From a virus, in the IMG/VR virus record IMGVR_UViG_3300042731_006512, positions 1-64,000 of that record: a stretch of DNA of 64,000 nucleotides, one strand, 5' to 3'. Positions 40,088-49,375 of the stretch are shown piece by piece. The translations under genes were made by a program, and so were the position numbers. Positions within the stretch are counted from its first letter, which is position 1. Each line of letters starts with the position of its first letter. The notes beneath the pieces are model-generated. The model did not search any database. It was given only the letters and a program-made list of their open reading frames with translations, and was not told the DNA's origin.

Positions 40088-40507
40088 TTAAAGTTTCATT
40101 ACCAAAACAGAAGCCATAGCAGGAGCCATAAAGTTAGAGTTTGTCATAATCTGTTCAGAAAGAGTTGAAATACTACCACCCTTGTTCTTTAATATTTTCT
40201 CGTCTGAACTCCAAAGAATACATTGATTTACAACAGCTTCTTCAAAATCTAAGTCGGTAAACTGTTGCTCATTTTCCTGAGCAGGAGTTCGCATTTTCTT
40301 TTGAAGCTCGACATATTCTTTTCTATTTAATGGACGCCAAACAAATATATCAGTTTCAGAAAATCCAGAAACAAATACTTCTCCAAACTGTTGTTTCCAT
40401 TTTTCTATTTCTGCTGCACCAGGTGAGTTATCAAACTCTTCAAGTAGTTTTACAAGATTAGGAACTTCTGATTCCTGAGTCTCTGGTTGTTTTTGTTCTT
40501 CTTTCAC
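40088..40507 (-). CDS. Putative tail assembly chaperone-like acidic protein
   Basis: 139 aa, acidic. FGEVFVSGFSETDIFVWRPLNRKEYVEL...GGSISTLSEQIM. Called by synteny. Confidence 0.3.
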   Translation of the reverse strand: MKEEQKQPETQESEVPNLVKLLEEFDNSPGAAEIEKWKQQFGEVFVSGFSETDIFVWRPLNRKEYVELQKKMRTPAQENEQQFTDLDFEEAVVNQCILWSSDEKILKNKGGSISTLSEQIMTNSNFMAPAMASVLVMKL

Positions 40508-40804
40508 TTATTTCTCCTTTAATCTACTATTGTTTTGAATAACTACCTTATTATCTTCTAAATATATAACATCAAAGTCGAAATCACTTAAACGCTGCAT
40601 ATAATGACATTTAAAATCTTCATTAGAAATAAGAATCCACCCATTTTCTTCACTTAATACATCCAAGTGTTTTAGATTATACTCAGCAGTATAACTATGA
40701 TTGTTACAATCCTTACCCCAAACTAAAGGTAATAATAGTTTGCTATCATATTCTAATCCTAACTCAGGCCAACATTCTTCATTGTTGATAATAGTAGCTT
40801 CCAT
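40508..40804 (-). CDS. Hypothetical protein
   Basis: 98-aa ORF with AAAGGAGAAA SD. Its stop directly abuts the start of the next gene. Confidence 0.45.
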   Translation of the reverse strand: MEATIINNEECWPELGLEYDSKLLLPLVWGKDCNNHSYTAEYNLKHLDVLSEENGWILISNEDFKCHYMQRLSDFDFDVIYLEDNKVVIQNNSRLKEK

Positions 40805-40856
40805 CTATTTCTCCTTTCAGTAATAATACACATATTTTTCAACAACAGCAAGAAAA

Positions 40857-41609
40857 CTATACACGCATTCTTCCCATAAATGGATAAACTTCCATTATAG
40901 GAAGTGGGTCAATCTCTACTCTTTGAGAACTACCAACAATATAACAATCTTCTAGTTTCACAATCGTATGATTAGCTCTGTCATCACCTGTAAAATCACC
41001 ATATGAAATAAATATATCAAAAGGATTCAGGTCTGGGTCGTCAGCATTTCTATTTTCAGAAACATTAAAGTCATGTGATTTGGTCTTACTTCCCCAAATA
41101 TAGTTTTCAAATGTTTCAAATATATTTTCAGCCGTTCCTACGCTTTCTCCACCTGCGCGCGTTGTAGAAGCAAACCCAGCCAAAGAAGCATATGCTTCAG
41201 CTAAACTTGCAATAGCTTCATATCTTTGGTCTTGTTCTACTTCGTTATTAATAACCTGCTCTACATTTTGTTGTAAAGATAAACTGCTTGTTTTAATAGG
41301 ACTCTGGTCAAGTTTTGAAAGTTTGCCTTTTATTTTAACTCGATATTCGTTGAGAACAAGCCATAAATAACCTGCTTCCTTGAAGTTAATAGCAAACTGA
41401 CCTTGGACTAATATCTGACCCTTAGACATAGCCCTAAAATATTGGTCTCCATATCCATAAAGAGGCCTTCGTTGCTGTTGGACTATAAAGTTAATAGCAG
41501 TGATTTCATCTACCAATATATCTCCAATAAAAACAGCTACTTGCGCGCCAGAAAAATGATCTACATCATAAACACCAGGTCTTATTCCACCAAAACTATC
41601 GTCAGCCAT
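40857..41609 (-). CDS. Tail tube-fold paralogue 2 (tube initiator/terminator candidate)
   Basis: 250 aa. FSGAQVAVFIGDILVDEITAINFIVQQQRRPLYGYG and NPFDIFISYGDF...IVGSSQRVEI align with the tube protein's FSGVDIKAVFNNQVIGELQAISYSISREKAPIYTMG and PPFDVTLAAANEYG...GYGVSIDDMV. Confidence 0.55.
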   Translation of the reverse strand: MADDSFGGIRPGVYDVDHFSGAQVAVFIGDILVDEITAINFIVQQQRRPLYGYGDQYFRAMSKGQILVQGQFAINFKEAGYLWLVLNEYRVKIKGKLSKLDQSPIKTSSLSLQQNVEQVINNEVEQDQRYEAIASLAEAYASLAGFASTTRAGGESVGTAENIFETFENYIWGSKTKSHDFNVSENRNADDPDLNPFDIFISYGDFTGDDRANHTIVKLEDCYIVGSSQRVEIDPLPIMEVYPFMGRMRV

Positions 41610-42757
41610 TATCTATTCCTAAACTGTCTTCTTACCTTAAGTCTTTCAAGAAAATCATCATACGAAGATTTATTAGCAAATATCAGGTCTGAACCAGTTG
41701 TGGGCTTTCCATCAATATTAAAATGCATTCCTCGTTGTTTTCTGTCAATACCAATGCTACCTTGCGAAACTATAGGGTCAGCATCCCGAGCAACAAAGTT
41801 CACAACTTCTTCAGTCAATATATCTTCAATCGATAATGTTACTCCACTATTAAGAAACTCAACTCCATAAACAGCACCACGAGATAAGCTACCGTATTCA
41901 TTAGCGAAAACAATAGTTATATCTATAGGAGGCAACTGGTCAATAAGCAAAGAAGAAACTTGGTCATTTATAGAAGATGAAGGGTCAAACTTGTTTTTAG
42001 TGCTACCCATTCTTCTTATTAAAGAAGCAAGTGCGTGTTCATTAAACATTGTGAATATTATACTGCCTGCAACAGTGCGCGCACCACGAGTATATCCAAG
42101 AACATTTGAGTTACCTAATGCTCTAACCGGATGCTTTTCTCTATGAGTCTGAAGAGAAAATGTTTGGGCAGTAGCAAGAGTAAAAGTAGAAAAACTATCC
42201 TTCTTAAGAGCTTCAAGACTATTCAACTTATTTTGAGATTCTTTTCCAAGAACCATATAATCTGAACTATTGTCTTTTGCAGCAGTTCTTATAGCAGATG
42301 CCCTTGTCCGTTTTGGAACAATATTGAATGCATTCAAAAAAGAAAGAATATGACCTAATACTCGACTATCTTGTCCTTCCCAAGTATTTATAAAAGCATT
42401 TCTTTTCTCTTTATTACTAATATCAGATACAGAATCGGCATTGTCTGCTATAGACTGAAAAGCATTTGAAAGGTCAAAATAAAACTGTACATCCTCAGCT
42501 AAAAGAGCTTCTTCTCTATAAGAAATCTCGTCATAAAGATGAACTACTATTTTAATATCTGCACCAGAATAAGAGCTACCTAACCACTGAACACCTCCTT
42601 CAGCTTTATTGTTAGCTGGTAACTCACTTTCAGGACCACGAAGACTTTCTGTATAACTATCTACACCATTACCACTTACGTTCCAAAGATTTCCATCCTT
42701 AGAATAAGCTCCAGTTGTAATACTATCTTTTGCATTTATAACTTCGTCGTGCGCCAT
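41609..42757 (-). CDS. Tail tube-fold paralogue 1 with a large internal insertion
   Basis: 382 aa. SYSGADIKIVV, HREKHPVRALGNSNVLGYTRGARTVAGSIIFTMFNEH and IDQLPPIDITIVFANEYGSLSRGAVYGVEFLNSGVTLSIEDILTEEVVNFVAR closely parallel the 217-aa tube protein. Confidence 0.65.
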   Translation of the reverse strand: MAHDEVINAKDSITTGAYSKDGNLWNVSGNGVDSYTESLRGPESELPANNKAEGGVQWLGSSYSGADIKIVVHLYDEISYREEALLAEDVQFYFDLSNAFQSIADNADSVSDISNKEKRNAFINTWEGQDSRVLGHILSFLNAFNIVPKRTRASAIRTAAKDNSSDYMVLGKESQNKLNSLEALKKDSFSTFTLATAQTFSLQTHREKHPVRALGNSNVLGYTRGARTVAGSIIFTMFNEHALASLIRRMGSTKNKFDPSSSINDQVSSLLIDQLPPIDITIVFANEYGSLSRGAVYGVEFLNSGVTLSIEDILTEEVVNFVARDADPIVSQGSIGIDRKQRGMHFNIDGKPTTGSDLIFANKSSYDDFLERLKVRRQFRNR

Positions 42758-42794
42758 AATAAAAAAGCAGGGTCTGCCTATAGCCTACCCTGCT
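42758..42794 (-). terminator. Rho-independent terminator after the tail tube gene
   Basis: On the minus strand: AGCAGGGT-(13-nt loop)-ACCCTGCT followed by TTTTTTATT. It lies between the tube stop (42826) and the next start (42757). Confidence 0.7.
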
Positions 42795-42825
42795 ATTATT
42801 CTATCATACGATATTCTATCTGCTA

Positions 42826-43479
42826 TTATGATTGGTCTGTTAAAACGATATTACCCAAAGGTCTCCACCCTACAAGAGTGCGAGCAACATAAGTATACTG
42901 AGTTTCAGAAACCATATCATCAATCGATACACCATATCCTTCATTAAGAAGTTCAAGTCCAAAAATGCGCATTACAGCAAGAGAACCATACTCATTAGCA
43001 GCAGCTAAGGTAACATCAAACGGAGGTATCTGGTCAACAAACCAAGGAGCAGCTACCACCTGGTCACTATCTACAGCCGTGATATTAGATTCAGCTACTT
43101 GAACCGAAGCTGAAGCCTGCTCTGGATTTGCTAAACCTATCGAGCTAATGTCCTTTGTTACATCTGCTTCTGGTCTAACATCGTCAATATCAGACAAAAA
43201 TAAAAGTCTCTGATTAGCCTCTGGTTGATAAGCACCAAAAGCAGAAAGAATGGGATGCCTATCAAAAACAATGAAAATCAAAGTGCCAGCAATACCTCTT
43301 TTACCTCGAGAAAAAGAACGTGGGTCTGCGCTGCCCATTGTGTATATAGGAGCTTTTTCTCTACTAATACTGTATGAAATAGCTTGAAGCTCACCTATTA
43401 CTTGGTTATTAAAGACAGCCTTAATGTCTACGCCAGAAAAACTATTATATCCTCTGGCAAATACTGAAGTTTGTGCCAT
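42826..43479 (-). CDS. Tail tube protein
   Basis: 217 aa, immediately downstream of the sheath gene, with GAGGAGGA SD and followed by a terminator. It is the shortest member of the three tube paralogues. Confidence 0.7.
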   Translation of the reverse strand: MAQTSVFARGYNSFSGVDIKAVFNNQVIGELQAISYSISREKAPIYTMGSADPRSFSRGKRGIAGTLIFIVFDRHPILSAFGAYQPEANQRLLFLSDIDDVRPEADVTKDISSIGLANPEQASASVQVAESNITAVDSDQVVAAPWFVDQIPPFDVTLAAANEYGSLAVMRIFGLELLNEGYGVSIDDMVSETQYTYVARTLVGWRPLGNIVLTDQS

Positions 43480-43502
43480 TTTTTATACCTAATCCTCCTC
43501 TA

Positions 43503-45413
43503 TTAAACTGCTGCAAGACTTACACTAACAGTTATTTGTCTGAGTTCAAATGCTGGAACAAGTTTGAGTTCAACGTCTGCTTGACCCAAAACTCGTTGAG
43601 CCGGAGTAGTAGTTACTTTAACTTCATAACGCTGTAAATGACCAACAGTAACACGTTGTTTCATTTTATTATCTATTCCAGTCTCTAAAGCAGCCATTTT
43701 TCTACCATTCATTAAGTTACCAATAAACGGACGACCAACAATACGAACATCATCCATACAAGCTTTGACAATACGGACAGTCGATAATCTACGATAATCA
43801 CTATCAGTCCTGGCAGCTGTAGGAGCATCACTTACTACGATACCGTTCACTTCGGCATGGAACGTTACATATCTAAAACCAGCAAGAGTATCAAGCTTTG
43901 CTTTACCAATCCTAAATGGTAGCCTCACTCCCTTTAAAACCTTGTTTGTCGGAGCACTTTCTGGGGGTAAGTTACTATAAAATCCACCATATAACGGTGC
44001 ACCAGTAGCCATATATTGAGTTGAGCGACTTGGGTTAGCTAAAATCGGATGAGTAGCTACTACGCTAATATACTTACCAATATCTACAAGATGGTCATTA
44101 TCATCAGTTAACTCAGTGCCATCCTTAAATCCATCATCTGTAGCAATAAAACCACCACCATACAAACCATCTACTCCATTAACAATATGGCCAGCAACAC
44201 CACTTGCTGTTTTACGACCAGCAAGCCATTTATTACCTAAGAGACCGGTTCCATTCGTAGAAATAACAGTATTCCCAGCCCCATCAGTAGTAGTAACAGG
44301 AGCAGTTCCAATCCATTGAGAAACTTGAGCAGGAGATAATCCAGTCGGAGGCAATACTCCAATAACCCCAGTCATCTCTTCGTTATTTTGTGATTGGCTA
44401 TAACAAAAATATGCAAGTTGATGCCCAAAGTTTACCTCGTGAAAATCCGAAGCGGTGAGAGCTGTCCCATCTGTAGTATGACTGGAATCGGCAGAACCAG
44501 CCGATGGATAGATATTTGCTGTAGTAAATGTAGGATTAGATGGGTCATTTGGAAACCACCACCAGAAATAATATTCACCAAGATACTCTTCTACATAAAG
44601 TTTACCTAAAACATCATCTGTTTCTCCAGCATTTGGATATGTAGATATAGAAGTAAGTCCACGGCTATTAACTGTTGCAGTATTCATATCCATAACATTA
44701 AGGTCATCAAGATATACTTCCATAGGAACAACTACATCAATATCTTGGTCCTCAAGAATCTTATAAGCACGATAGAGCGCTTCATATTTTTCCATTAGAG
44801 AAAGTGCACCAGCACCAGCATCATCAGCTACACCATCAGTCCCAGCAGTATAAGAAGCAGGACCATCACCCTCTCCATCGGCAGCAGCCAATGTTATAGG
44901 AGTGGCAAGAGAACCTATGTCAGCAACAGGAGTTCCACTGATACTACCGCTCACATTTACTTCACCTTCATCAACAGCATCAAGTGGATAAGCTGGATTA
45001 TTATCATAAACAAGTTCATCATCACTTACACGCCAAATACGAAGACGCTTAGTAGATGCTTCAAAGAAAATAGTAAAACTTGTTCCAGCAGTGTCATCTT
45101 TGTCTACAGTAGTAACAGTTAGTCCATCACTTTCTCCAATATCAGAAAGAGTAGCAGCAGTTGCACCTATGCGTATAAGTCGTAGATTTTGTGCTCCACC
45201 AATAGAAGTTTCATACATTCCACGTATTAGACTTCCAGTCTTACCAAAAGCAGCACTGGCAGTCGATATTTTTCCAACAGAATAAAATGTTTCACTATCA
45301 CCCTGAGCTGCAGTACCTAAAATACAGACTTTTGGATTATCATTAACTGGGAGTATAGCAAGATTTCCATCCTGCTTTTCTCCAAAGATTCCAGGTAAAT
45401 TTTCGAACGACAT
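43503..45413 (-). CDS. Contractile tail sheath protein
   Basis: 636 aa. N-terminal LPGIFGEK...VCILGTAAQG...VGKISTASAAFG...RLIRIG, mid YRAYKILEDQDIDVVVPME, and C-terminal domain GFRYVTFH...APTAARTDSDYRRLSTVRIV follow the sheath family pattern. Confidence 0.8.
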   Translation of the reverse strand: MSFENLPGIFGEKQDGNLAILPVNDNPKVCILGTAAQGDSETFYSVGKISTASAAFGKTGSLIRGMYETSIGGAQNLRLIRIGATAATLSDIGESDGLTVTTVDKDDTAGTSFTIFFEASTKRLRIWRVSDDELVYDNNPAYPLDAVDEGEVNVSGSISGTPVADIGSLATPITLAAADGEGDGPASYTAGTDGVADDAGAGALSLMEKYEALYRAYKILEDQDIDVVVPMEVYLDDLNVMDMNTATVNSRGLTSISTYPNAGETDDVLGKLYVEEYLGEYYFWWWFPNDPSNPTFTTANIYPSAGSADSSHTTDGTALTASDFHEVNFGHQLAYFCYSQSQNNEEMTGVIGVLPPTGLSPAQVSQWIGTAPVTTTDGAGNTVISTNGTGLLGNKWLAGRKTASGVAGHIVNGVDGLYGGGFIATDDGFKDGTELTDDNDHLVDIGKYISVVATHPILANPSRSTQYMATGAPLYGGFYSNLPPESAPTNKVLKGVRLPFRIGKAKLDTLAGFRYVTFHAEVNGIVVSDAPTAARTDSDYRRLSTVRIVKACMDDVRIVGRPFIGNLMNGRKMAALETGIDNKMKQRVTVGHLQRYEVKVTTTPAQRVLGQADVELKLVPAFELRQITVSVSLAAV

Positions 45414-45434
45414 CTATATTAAATCCTCCTCTAG

Positions 45435-46181
45435 CTATTCGTCTGACAGAGTAGTTTTTATTAAAATCTCCTCGATTTGCTTTTCACTCCGCATACTTAT
45501 TTTCTCAGTTCTTACAAAATAATCAAGTGGCCTACCATACCAACGATTACCATCAACATCCTCTGTTATATCTTCTCTTCTATCTATAAAAATACACCTA
45601 TCAATACCCTCTGATTTAAACCACCACATATATTCTTCCATAAGCGTTTCTAGCCAATCTGCTCTATAGTTCGCTCTTTTATTCGTTCGAGCCCAACAGG
45701 TTAAACGAACAATATTATCAAACCATTTCCCAAGTATAGCTATACGATATCCTTTATGTTCTGGGTCATTGATTTCTTCTCTTAAAACAGGAAGTAGATT
45801 CTTAACAGCGCCAGCCTTACCAGCATCATAAGGAGTTCCTTGAGAAAAAAGACCAGGATGTCTATTCATACATTTAACTGATATAACTTCAGTATCAGAC
45901 TTTCTATCACTTTCATCTTCTGTAAAAGTTATTCTGTTTTTTGTGGGTGTATTAGCTCTTTCCTCATAGTTTTCAATAGCTTGTCTCATTGTGGTATAAA
46001 CATCAGTAAGAGACCATTTTGCTTTCTTTGGTGTTCTTAGTCTTCTCTGACTTAAAGCAGTATCTCTTAAAAAAGAAGCTTCATATATTCTTTCAACAGT
46101 AACCCGACGATTGTTGGTAGACATTTCGTCAGTTAAAATATCTTGAATCAAACTTCCGTCAATAATATCTGGGGTTGCCAT
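45435..46181 (-). CDS. Putative neck / tail-completion protein
   Basis: 248-aa ORF directly upstream of the sheath gene. Called by synteny only. Confidence 0.3.
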   Translation of the reverse strand: MATPDIIDGSLIQDILTDEMSTNNRRVTVERIYEASFLRDTALSQRRLRTPKKAKWSLTDVYTTMRQAIENYEERANTPTKNRITFTEDESDRKSDTEVISVKCMNRHPGLFSQGTPYDAGKAGAVKNLLPVLREEINDPEHKGYRIAILGKWFDNIVRLTCWARTNKRANYRADWLETLMEEYMWWFKSEGIDRCIFIDRREDITEDVDGNRWYGRPLDYFVRTEKISMRSEKQIEEILIKTTLSDE

Positions 46182-46183
46182 TC

Positions 46184-46750
46184 CTACCCATCCGGTCCAT
46201 TTAAAAACTTTCGCTCTTCTTTATATGCTGCTATTTTCCAATATTCAAGTCTTCCATTATCTGAACGCATGTCAAAAAGAGTTCCAATCCTATAAACTCC
46301 AACACGAGTATATGGACGAAATAATGTTCCATCTGTATTTAGCTTTAGTTCAATAATCTTATCATCTGCAGTTATTTCTTCTGAATAACGCGTAAAAAAT
46401 AAAATAACAGGAATATTTTGAACTGTAGGAGGCAACAATCTCTCTCTATCAGCATTCCCAACATCACTACGTATTACTTGTTTATAAATATCAATCCACT
46501 CTTCCGACCAATAATAAGACTCACCGTGACAGTGAACACAAAACGTATCTATATCTGGTTCACCAGTATTAGAATCGACACAAACACAAGAGATAAGATT
46601 CCCGTCTATATCTCTTCTCATTTTTCTAATCAAAGCCTTTTGTTTCTTTGATATCTCAGGAAACGCGCCGTCAAGAAAGTTTTCCATTTCATCCCGAAGA
46701 CTAACCTCGCTTCTATAGGTCCCAGAAGAATAAAAATCAGTCGAAGGCAT
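46184..46750 (-). CDS. Putative neck protein with zinc-ribbon-like CxC...CxxC
   Basis: 188 aa with CVCVDSNTGEPDIDTFCVHCHG. Called by synteny. Confidence 0.3.
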   Translation of the reverse strand: MPSTDFYSSGTYRSEVSLRDEMENFLDGAFPEISKKQKALIRKMRRDIDGNLISCVCVDSNTGEPDIDTFCVHCHGESYYWSEEWIDIYKQVIRSDVGNADRERLLPPTVQNIPVILFFTRYSEEITADDKIIELKLNTDGTLFRPYTRVGVYRIGTLFDMRSDNGRLEYWKIAAYKEERKFLNGPDG

Positions 46751-46753
46751 TTA

Positions 46754-47746
46754 TTACCACCATCGTTTCCGTTGTTTGTATATATTTTTATATCTTTGAT
46801 GATTCGAAGTTCTTCTTGCTTCAGTATTAGCTGCAGGATAAGCATCAGAATAAGAACTATCAGTAGGTTCCCATAACCTACCAGTATGAGGTCTCTCAGT
46901 ATTATATTCACCCTTTATAACACCACGAGGTTGTTGAGAACATTTGGCATAACCACCAGATATAAGTTGAGGCTCCCATTTTTCTAAACAAGCCATAATC
47001 CTTTGAATAGTTTTGAAAACCACATTTGTATCATATTCAACACGTAAGTCAGCAAGGGTCTTCGCTTTCAAACCAGAAGTTGTCAGATTATCTATAATCC
47101 CAAGAGCTACTTTACAAGTCGTCCACTCTCGCCGCGCATGTTGAAAAAAAGCAGTATTTTGAGTCACATTTCCAGAAGTAAAATCTAACTGGTCTGCTTC
47201 AAGACTTGCTTCTAAAATCGCTAACTGCAAAGTTAAATCAGAAACACCAGCTAAAAATCCGCCTGCTTCAAGTTTCACTTTTCGAATATTTGTATACGAA
47301 GGGTCGGTAATAGTCAGAAACTCAAAAGAATATCCATCTGATAAATAAGTACCATCAGTAGCCATAAGCCCAGAATCTATAATAACTTCAACAATATTAT
47401 TTATGCTGAGTTGATTACCAAGTTCTATAGCTTCGCCACCACCATAAACGTCAAAAGTAAACTCACCAGACACAAGTTGACAATTTAATATACCGGACCA
47501 AACATCTGTCCACACACCATTAGGAACACAATCAGGAGGAGTAAACCCATATTCATAAACACCTTCACCTAAATATTCAAAATCACTATCGGTAGAAAAA
47601 TAAGCAGTAGAACCATCAACCATAACTGGTGTTGATGGTGGAAATATATGAAGCCAAACTCCAGATGCCTGCGCTCCTTCGCTAAGGTCATCTCGGAATC
47701 TAGTTCTAAGTTTTATTTCTTGACCAGCTACAGTTTCTCTAGACAT
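46754..47746 (-). CDS. Putative head-tail adaptor with N-terminal beta-sandwich
   Basis: 330 aa. Helical C-terminal half (LTLQLAILEASLEADQL...RIMACLEKWEPQL) and a basic tail. Sits between the head and tail modules. Confidence 0.3.
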   Translation of the reverse strand: MSRETVAGQEIKLRTRFRDDLSEGAQASGVWLHIFPPSTPVMVDGSTAYFSTDSDFEYLGEGVYEYGFTPPDCVPNGVWTDVWSGILNCQLVSGEFTFDVYGGGEAIELGNQLSINNIVEVIIDSGLMATDGTYLSDGYSFEFLTITDPSYTNIRKVKLEAGGFLAGVSDLTLQLAILEASLEADQLDFTSGNVTQNTAFFQHARREWTTCKVALGIIDNLTTSGLKAKTLADLRVEYDTNVVFKTIQRIMACLEKWEPQLISGGYAKCSQQPRGVIKGEYNTERPHTGRLWEPTDSSYSDAYPAANTEARRTSNHQRYKNIYKQRKRWW

Positions 47747-47765
47747 ATCTATCTTAGAATATCAC

Positions 47766-49370
47766 TTAATACGAAACATCCAACCTATCTTCCAGCTGCC
47801 CTATCTTATTTACCAACTGCTGTATAGCCTTACATAAAACAGGTATAAGTTTTGATTGAGATATAAATAAATCACCATCTGGGTCCGATGCTACCATTTC
47901 TGGATATATTTCTAAACATTCTTCGGCTATGAAACCTGCTTTATTTATAGGAGGTTTGTAGTTAGAGTCTTTTTCTAATGTTTTGGCCTTTGCGCGCCGC
48001 CGAAAAGAACGAACAGGAAGATTATTTATTATATTTAAAGCATCTATATTACTGTCCTGAATATCAGTCTTTCTCTTTTCACTCGATGATTGTATCAACT
48101 CAAAAGTTCCTGCATTTACGCGCAAGTAGCCAGTAGCATTACCATTACCATCGCTAGCTTTAAAATAATAGTGCTGACCCGAACTTTGGTCATCTTCGCC
48201 GCATTGGACTTCAATACCATTACGATTTGAATCATTCCCATCATTAAAAAACCTAGTCATAAAACCACTAACATCATCCTTAACATCCAATCTGTAACTA
48301 GGAGAAACTCCTATACCTACATTTTGAGAACTATCAATAGTTGCAGCCAAAGTATTGCTAGTGTAAAAACCTATTGAACCAGCATCTATTGCGTTTAAAT
48401 CTAAAGAACCAGTGCCACGATGTGCTATTGTACTACTTGTATTTGCTCCGGTGTTGTTGCGAATAATCCTTAACCCATAATCTGTATACGTTGTGTCGCC
48501 AACAAGATCTATATAAGCATAACCGTTGTCAGTTCTACCAGAACCCATTTCTATATATAAAGTTTCTGTTGATATAGAACTATCACCGATAGTTAAATAA
48601 CCAGTAGGTAATTTAACAACACCATCACTCCCATAAATCTTAATACATTCATAAACGGAACTACCTATTTGCATAAGATTGTTACTTCTATCTGATTCTA
48701 TATGCCATTCTTGATTTCCAGTTGCTAAAAGAGTTAGTCTAGCATTATCACTTCCATTTGCCGTTTGTGCTCTTATTTCTGCGTCTGTACCCGAAGAAGT
48801 AGTCAAGTGTAATGGGTAACTTGGAGTAGTTCCTATGCCTAGGCGGTTATTAACCTCATCATAAGCAGAAGTTCCAAAGATAATGCTTCCTTTTGTTATA
48901 TGAGATGTAGATTGTAGAGTTAAATCATCTCCTGAATCTGTGCCACCAATAAGAGTTTGTCCACCAGAACGACCTAACAATAAAGGATAAATAGTATGGT
49001 CATCGTCAGAACGACCCGAAAGTTCTCCGTGGTCTATTTGTGCTCCATCTCCTCCAGAATGATTATGGCCATCACCATTTGTCACACCTTTCGCTATAGG
49101 GGCATATAGTGCATCAGATTCAGTTTCCGTATAATACAAGCTATTAAGTTGTCCTTCATCAAGTTGTGTTTGAGTATAATATCTTGCATCTCCATGGATA
49201 TTATTTATTTGTAAACTATTCCCATTTAACTGAAAGTCATCTGAGTCATAGTTAAAAGATATCTGATTATTAGACAATGTTAACGGAGCACCACCAATAG
49301 TTTGAATCGGTGTACTAGTAATATTAAGTTGAATATGTTGTATTTTATGTTTTTCGAGAGAAGTTGTCAT
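47766..49370 (-). CDS. Fibre protein with C-terminal S74-type intramolecular chaperone domain
   Basis: 534 aa. The C-terminal SSEKRKTDIQDSNIDALNIINNLPVRSFRR...KAGFIAEECLEIYPEMV...SQSKLIPVLCKAIQQLVNKIGQLEDRL (about 47766..48110) matches the endosialidase/tail-fibre autoproteolytic chaperone signature. Confidence 0.7.
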   Translation of the reverse strand: MTTSLEKHKIQHIQLNITSTPIQTIGGAPLTLSNNQISFNYDSDDFQLNGNSLQINNIHGDARYYTQTQLDEGQLNSLYYTETESDALYAPIAKGVTNGDGHNHSGGDGAQIDHGELSGRSDDDHTIYPLLLGRSGGQTLIGGTDSGDDLTLQSTSHITKGSIIFGTSAYDEVNNRLGIGTTPSYPLHLTTSSGTDAEIRAQTANGSDNARLTLLATGNQEWHIESDRSNNLMQIGSSVYECIKIYGSDGVVKLPTGYLTIGDSSISTETLYIEMGSGRTDNGYAYIDLVGDTTYTDYGLRIIRNNTGANTSSTIAHRGTGSLDLNAIDAGSIGFYTSNTLAATIDSSQNVGIGVSPSYRLDVKDDVSGFMTRFFNDGNDSNRNGIEVQCGEDDQSSGQHYYFKASDGNGNATGYLRVNAGTFELIQSSSEKRKTDIQDSNIDALNIINNLPVRSFRRRAKAKTLEKDSNYKPPINKAGFIAEECLEIYPEMVASDPDGDLFISQSKLIPVLCKAIQQLVNKIGQLEDRLDVSY

Positions 49371-49375
49371 TCATA

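Noticed and set aside
39181-40507. Programmed -1 frameshift between the two chaperone-like ORFs (gpG/gpGT style)
   Set aside because: The two ORFs are separated by a stop plus a 16-nt spacer, the second has its own start, and I saw no slippery heptamer with an overlapping frame.
40823-40851. Sigma70-like promoter in the 40805..40856 gap (TTGCTG, 17 nt, TATTAT on the minus strand)
   Set aside because: Such hexamers are expected by chance in sequence this AT-rich. The host and its promoter consensus are unknown, and late phage operons often use phage-specific promoters.
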